Virus record (IMG/VR): IMGVR_UViG_3300046675_000098
DNA length: 64,000 bases
Direction: 5' to 3' (one strand)
From: an uncultured virus (IMG/VR IMGVR_UViG_3300046675_000098)
Lineage: Duplodnaviria > Heunggongvirae > Uroviricota > Caudoviricetes
Shown: positions 59,723 to 64,000 of the stretch, piece by piece
Numbering within the stretch: position 1 is the first letter of the stretch
Layout of the letters: each line of letters starts with the position of its first letter
Notes under the pieces: generated by a model
Databases searched by the model: none
The model's input: only the letters and a program-made list of their open reading frames with translations
What the model was told of the DNA's origin: nothing
Translations under genes and position numbers: made by a program

Positions 59723-60595
59723 CTAGCTCAGGTACGCGTCGCCGCCGAAGGCAGCCGAGAAGGTCAGGGTCACAACAGTTGGACTCGTGTAGGTGATGGC
59801 ACCAGGGACGACCTCACGCCCGCTGGAGTCCACGACCGACACGTTCGGGAAGAAGGGCAGGTTGTGGATGATGGTCCACGTCGTGGCCGGTGTCGTCTGA
59901 TAGTGATGGTAGGAGCCCCCAGGACCACCACCGGCTGGAGCCGTGACGACCCCGGCGCAGTAGATCGGTCCCTCTGGGAGCGGACCCAGGGAGCGCACGA
60001 GGGACACGGAGTAGGTGAAGTACGCCCCGTTGTTGATCGGCGCCGCGAGAACCAGGTACTCCATGCGGGTGTCCGGGTGCCGCTTGTCGTAGAGGTACCA
60101 GTGGAACCCAGCTTGGTAAGTCAACAAGACATCAGTGATGTCCACGCCATGCACCGTCTGAGTGCTCACATAGATCTCAGTCACCGTCGCCTGGTTGGTG
60201 CTGTTCATCCGCAACTCACCGGGCTTCGGGATCAAGGTGGGCACGTCCATCAGTGTGGGTGCATCCACGGAGAACGTCGAGGTGCCAACAGCAGGAGCAC
60301 CCAACGTGAACTCGAACGTGCCTCCTGGTGGTCCTGGTGGGCCTGCTGTCGAGGAGTCCTTGGACTCCGAGCCCACCCACACCGGACGCTCAGCCAGGCC
60401 GCTCTCGAACATGATCCAGCCGGTGTCCCCAGGGTCAGGCCGTGGCCCCGCGAAGTCGTAGACCACGACGATCTCGGTGGCGAAGATCTGAGGGATCTGC
60501 ACCCGAGCCTGGTCAGTCAACAACTCCAAGCACACTGCCTGGTACACGCCACCGTAGCTGACCGAGGTAGCACTGAGCGCACCGCTGTCGGTCAT
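59723..60595 (-). CDS. Minor tail/baseplate protein
   Basis: GWIMFESG..ERPVWVG spike-like N-terminus; WTIIHNLPFFPNVSVVDSSG C-terminus. Confidence 0.7.
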   Translation of the reverse strand: MTDSGALSATSVSYGGVYQAVCLELLTDQARVQIPQIFATEIVVVYDFAGPRPDPGDTGWIMFESGLAERPVWVGSESKDSSTAGPPGPPGGTFEFTLGAPAVGTSTFSVDAPTLMDVPTLIPKPGELRMNSTNQATVTEIYVSTQTVHGVDITDVLLTYQAGFHWYLYDKRHPDTRMEYLVLAAPINNGAYFTYSVSLVRSLGPLPEGPIYCAGVVTAPAGGGPGGSYHHYQTTPATTWTIIHNLPFFPNVSVVDSSGREVVPGAITYTSPTVVTLTFSAAFGGDAYLS

Positions 60596-60598
60596 GGC

Positions 60599-60952
60599 CT
60601 ACCGCCAGAGGGTACGCCACACGACGGCGCTGAGCGTACCGTCACCTCCTGAGTTGGCCACGTTGTCGAAAGCAGGCAGGTAGACCAGGTCGATCCCCAA
60701 GGGGGCAGCGATCCCTCGGGCGATGATCTGCGCCTTCACCGCCTGCCCGACCGCACCGTGACCAATGGCGCGCATGATGGGGGCTTTCCCCTCCTGGATG
60801 GCCCGGACCAGCGCTGTTGCCACAGCATGAGGCGGGCTCGACGCACTCACCTTGAGCAGGTTGTCGTCGTCATCGAAGAAGGTCGTTGCCTCCCTGCGGT
60901 ACCCCGCATCGATGTGATCCACGCTGGCCGGATGCGCCACGCTTGGTGACAC
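60599..60952 (-). CDS. spoVS: SpoVS (Alba-like) family protein
   Basis: LKVSASS.P.AVATAL...AIGHGAVGQAVKAQIIARG..AP.GIDL...PAF. Confidence 0.85.
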   Translation of the reverse strand: MSPSVAHPASVDHIDAGYRREATTFFDDDDNLLKVSASSPPHAVATALVRAIQEGKAPIMRAIGHGAVGQAVKAQIIARGIAAPLGIDLVYLPAFDNVANSGGDGTLSAVVWRTLWR

Positions 60953-61553
60953 TACATCAGACCAGCTAGTCGCCCTTGTCTTCCTCCGGGAGCGGGCTCC
61001 ACGTGAAGGTGGGTGCGTGGTCGGGGACGTCGATGTCCATGGTACCGATGACGCTGGCCCACGACCGAGGGAACACGAGGTTGATCTGCACAGCGACCTC
61101 GTTCGCCGCCAGGCGGATGAGCTTGGAGTTGCCTCTCGGCTTGGCCAAGCGCATCGTCATGTCGCTCTTGATGACGAGGTACACCGTCGTCACCGCTTCC
61201 GCTGGCGTGCCCGGTCTCGTGGGCATCAGGCGACGACTGCGTAGGCCTCGGGCACATCGGTCTGGATCATGCGCCACTCACAGCGTTGACACCAGACCAC
61301 CCGAGGAAGCTGCCCCTCGTTGAGGGCATGCTTCGGGTCACCGAAGTACCGGTGGCCGTGCTTGCGGCACCGTCGCTTGGACGCGCCGCACTCCAAGACG
61401 TAGACGGCGATCTCGCCACCCCGACACGCACTGCATCCTGCTCCATCGCAGTGTGCACAGGTGAGAGTGAACCGCTCAGTCAGTTCGTACTCATCAGCCA
61501 TGCCTCTTAGGGTACGGCAACCTAGTGCGGATGAGAATGGGTCAGACGGCCCG

Positions 61554-61964
61554 TCATGCAGGGGACCGCACCAGACGACGACGGCGGGGCTGCGGAGGCA
61601 CATCGATGGCTGCGAGGGCGAGGTCGTTCCAACGATTGACCGTGGTCAGTAGGTAGTACTGACCCACATCTGTCGTCCCTCGCCGCTTGATGATAACGGC
61701 GCCCTGGAAGAACCCAGCGTTCTCACACTGAGCGTCAAGCTCACGGATGTAGGTGCCGATTGTGATCGTCTTCTCATTCTTGGCTTCGATCATCACCGGC
61801 ACGCCGTCAGCCAGCCTGATGTCTCCCTCGTCCCTCCTACCCTTTTGGGTGATGCGCCTGGCGTAGGGCCAGCCGTTGATCTTCAACCATGAGACGGTGT
61901 GGGACTCGTGTTCGGTTCCCCTCTTCTTCCCCGGGTTAGCCACGCTCAACAGCCGCCTCGACAC
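61554..61964 (-). CDS. PD-(D/E)XK Holliday junction resolvase
   Basis: KKRGTEHE...DEGDI...IEAKNEK. Confidence 0.8.
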   Translation of the reverse strand: MSRRLLSVANPGKKRGTEHESHTVSWLKINGWPYARRITQKGRRDEGDIRLADGVPVMIEAKNEKTITIGTYIRELDAQCENAGFFQGAVIIKRRGTTDVGQYYLLTTVNRWNDLALAAIDVPPQPRRRRLVRSPA

Positions 61965-62406
61965 CCATGACGTGGACCCAGGCGTCCGTCAGCAGGGCGC
62001 TCTGGCGGTAGGTGAACCCGGCATCAGAATCATGACGCTGAAGGCACCAGTACTCGTGGGCCACGAGGTGACCGATGCCGCCGAGCACCTCCCGCAGGCC
62101 GCACTCCCGGTGCATGGGCTGACGGTCAAGGTCGTAAGCCCCCACGAATAGCTCGCCACACAGCACGCAGTTCATCGTGTGAACTCCGTGCCCCGGTCGT
62201 CCTCATCGAACAGCGTCGGCATCGACTCGATCAGCCTGGCACCCTCCAAGCGACCGAGCACCCGTCCCACCTCGATGGCGTTGGCGAACCAGCCCACCAT
62301 CGTGCCCTCTTCCAGGCCGTACGGTCCCGTGCCACCGACCACGAACCCGGCGAAGATGCGACAGAACTCTGAGGCCCACACTCGGGCATCAATGGTGCTG
62401 TGAAGA

Positions 62407-62892
62407 TCAGGTGCTCCAGCTTGCGGCTCGTCCTTCAACGGGTGCCCTTCCTACTCGTCGGGTCAGTTCACGTGACAGCAGAGCGGCGCCCCGCTCCATG
62501 TTGTTCGACAGCACCGTCAACATCTTCACCCGTGCGTGGATGACGTCGTAGCGTGACTGCGCCGCCAACACCTCCGGGTCCAGATCCTTCTCCGCTCGCA
62601 GCACCGTGACCTTGGCACCAGGGTCCCCTGACGTCATGAACATCGCCGTCAGCACCTTGATCTCAGTCTCGATGGTGGCCTCCTCGATCTCAGCCTCGAC
62701 GCGACGCACGTCGATGAAGTTGGCCCACGCGATGTAGGCAGCGAAGATCTCCATGAGCCGCTGGCTGCCAAGGTCCGGGAGGTTGAGGGGGATCTGAGGG
62801 ACGCCTCGCTCAGGCCTTCCGGGCAAGGGCACGCCGTCGTAGCTTGGCGTCGGCCTTGATGACAGGCGTTTGAGCGGCCTCGTGTTTGTCAT
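62407..62892 (-). CDS. Helical/coiled-coil hypothetical protein
   Basis: Helical ORF ending LLSRELTRR, next to the exonuclease. Confidence 0.6.
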   Translation of the reverse strand: MTNTRPLKRLSSRPTPSYDGVPLPGRPERGVPQIPLNLPDLGSQRLMEIFAAYIAWANFIDVRRVEAEIEEATIETEIKVLTAMFMTSGDPGAKVTVLRAEKDLDPEVLAAQSRYDVIHARVKMLTVLSNNMERGAALLSRELTRRVGRAPVEGRAASWST

Positions 62893-63838
62893 GGTTCCGT
62901 ATCTTCCAACATGTGTTGCGGTACTTGCAACCACGGCACGTGGACACCTGCTCGTCGGTGGCCCACGCTGGCCGTGGTGGAGGGCGCAGCGTTTCGAGCG
63001 CCTTGGTCACCAGGTGAGCACCTTCCAAGGCCCGCTCCACCAGACGGTCGTTGAGCTTGACCCGGAACTCCTTGACGTCCTGGTTGGGCTTCCACTCGTA
63101 GAGGAAGATCATCTCCGTGGGCACCGGTACCTCAGCCACCCCGAGCGAGGCCATGTACAGGTACAGCGCGCCCTGGCGCACGTGCACAGGGAAGGGCCGC
63201 TGGATGTCCATCCAGATCTTGTCCAGCGTCTCGTTGTTGAGGTAACGCTCGTACAACTCGGGCGCGTCGAAGCGGAGGCTGTTGATCCCGATGGACTTCA
63301 CCTCCAGCAGACGGAAGGGCTCGCTGTCATCGAACCAGAGCCCACCGTCAGCGTGACCCCCGAGATGGAGGTGCGGTGCGGTGAGTGGTACCTCCTTGTA
63401 CCGAAGGAACTCAACAACAGCACCGCAGTAGAAGCACTCCTTCGGTGCGCGGTCCCACCAACGGCACTGACACTGACGGCACTCGAACACGCCGTAGAGC
63501 ACACCCATCTCCCACAACCACGTCTGCCACTTGCGGTGGATGGTGTGGCCCTCGATCCACACGTTCTCCAACCGGAAGCTGGGGCTGGCGCTCTTGGTGC
63601 CGTCGATGGGGATACCAGCCAGCCGGTAGTAGTCAGCCCGGTAGCACCAGTCCGGCTTGCACATCTCCGAGGGGTGCAACAAAGTCTGGTCCCGCTCTTC
63701 GTCGGGGATCACAGCCTGTCTGAGCACGTGTTTCTTGAGGTCGTCCAGGATGATGTTGCGGTTGCCCACCGACAGGTCCCGCATCTCCCGGAGCACCCGG
63801 TGAGAGATGCTACGTTCAACCGGACGACCCTCGCTCAT
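62810..63838 (-). CDS. Cas4-like PD-(D/E)XK exonuclease
   Basis: HPSEMC..WCYR, GHTIH, GHADG, LEVKS, Q..LY, C-terminal CRGCKYRNTC. Confidence 0.85.
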   Translation of the reverse strand: MSEGRPVERSISHRVLREMRDLSVGNRNIILDDLKKHVLRQAVIPDEERDQTLLHPSEMCKPDWCYRADYYRLAGIPIDGTKSASPSFRLENVWIEGHTIHRKWQTWLWEMGVLYGVFECRQCQCRWWDRAPKECFYCGAVVEFLRYKEVPLTAPHLHLGGHADGGLWFDDSEPFRLLEVKSIGINSLRFDAPELYERYLNNETLDKIWMDIQRPFPVHVRQGALYLYMASLGVAEVPVPTEMIFLYEWKPNQDVKEFRVKLNDRLVERALEGAHLVTKALETLRPPPRPAWATDEQVSTCRGCKYRNTCWKIRNHDKHEAAQTPVIKADAKLRRRALARKA

Positions 63839-63880
63839 GTCCATTCCATCTGTCGAGGACCCACGCCGCGGCACGGAAGC

Positions 63881-64000
63881 TCATGCAATGCGAGGGTCGT
63901 CATCGAAGTAGTCCTCCTCGCGCAGCACCACGTACCGGCGTGTTCCACCCTTCTCCTTGAACTCGATGCAGAAGACGGGTGTCCGGTTGTCGATGAGAGC
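63881..64000 (-). CDS. 3' end of a CDS truncated by the window edge (possible nuclease)
   Basis: ...DNRTPVFCIEFKEKGGTRRYVVLREEDYFDDDPRIA*. Confidence 0.45.
   Translation of the reverse strand, partial: ALIDNRTPVFCIEFKEKGGTRRYVVLREEDYFDDDPRIA

Larger units (their letters stand above)
290..63477. repeat. Dispersed exact 13-mer CACTGACACTGAC / GTCAGTGTCAGTG, 24 copies
   Basis: Starts at 290, 4426, 4998, 8950, 11620, 13941, 14187, 18247, 23345, 23463, 26573, 27425, 28218, 29369, 30733, 32915, 37970, 39058, 40675, 49005, 49022, 53332, 53359, 63465. Confidence 0.95.

Noticed and set aside
62810..63838. Cas4-like gene as evidence of a CRISPR-Cas system
   Set aside because: Solo Cas4-like exonucleases are common in phages, and there are no other cas genes or array.

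Overview
This window is 64 kb of a large, GC-rich tailed-phage genome with a probable actinobacterial host (WhiB, Ku, LPXTG proteins, pervasive leaderless TANNNT-N6-7-ATG starts). Recognisable genes include terminase large subunit, tRNA-Pro(GGG), two WhiB-like proteins, a KTSC protein, an SLT transglycosylase, four ribbon-helix-helix proteins, a SNF2 helicase, two LPXTG surface proteins, a clan-A glycoside hydrolase, Ku, a divergent MoxR AAA+/vWA pair, a DUF3987-like protein, an HNH protein, GNAT/ART/ParB-like proteins, an amidase endolysin, tail fibres, SpoVS, a Holliday-junction resolvase and a Cas4-like exonuclease. I saw no integrase, reverse transcriptase or CRISPR array. The most striking signals are non-coding. 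(1) A promoter cassette is repeated 23 times between 19.8 and 39.2 kb: an inverted repeat ATRRGYC-N4-GRCYCAT held 28-29 nt upstream of a TANNNT -10 box, usually with a GTTGASTCAAC palindrome and a leaderless start, so a new cassette appears every one to three small genes. (2) The exact 13-mer CACTGACACTGAC occurs 24 times across the window. (3) There is a 55-nt tRNA-Ala/tmRNA-TLD-like mini-RNA, plus several long structured intergenic elements. All family calls come from motif recognition by eye, not database searches.
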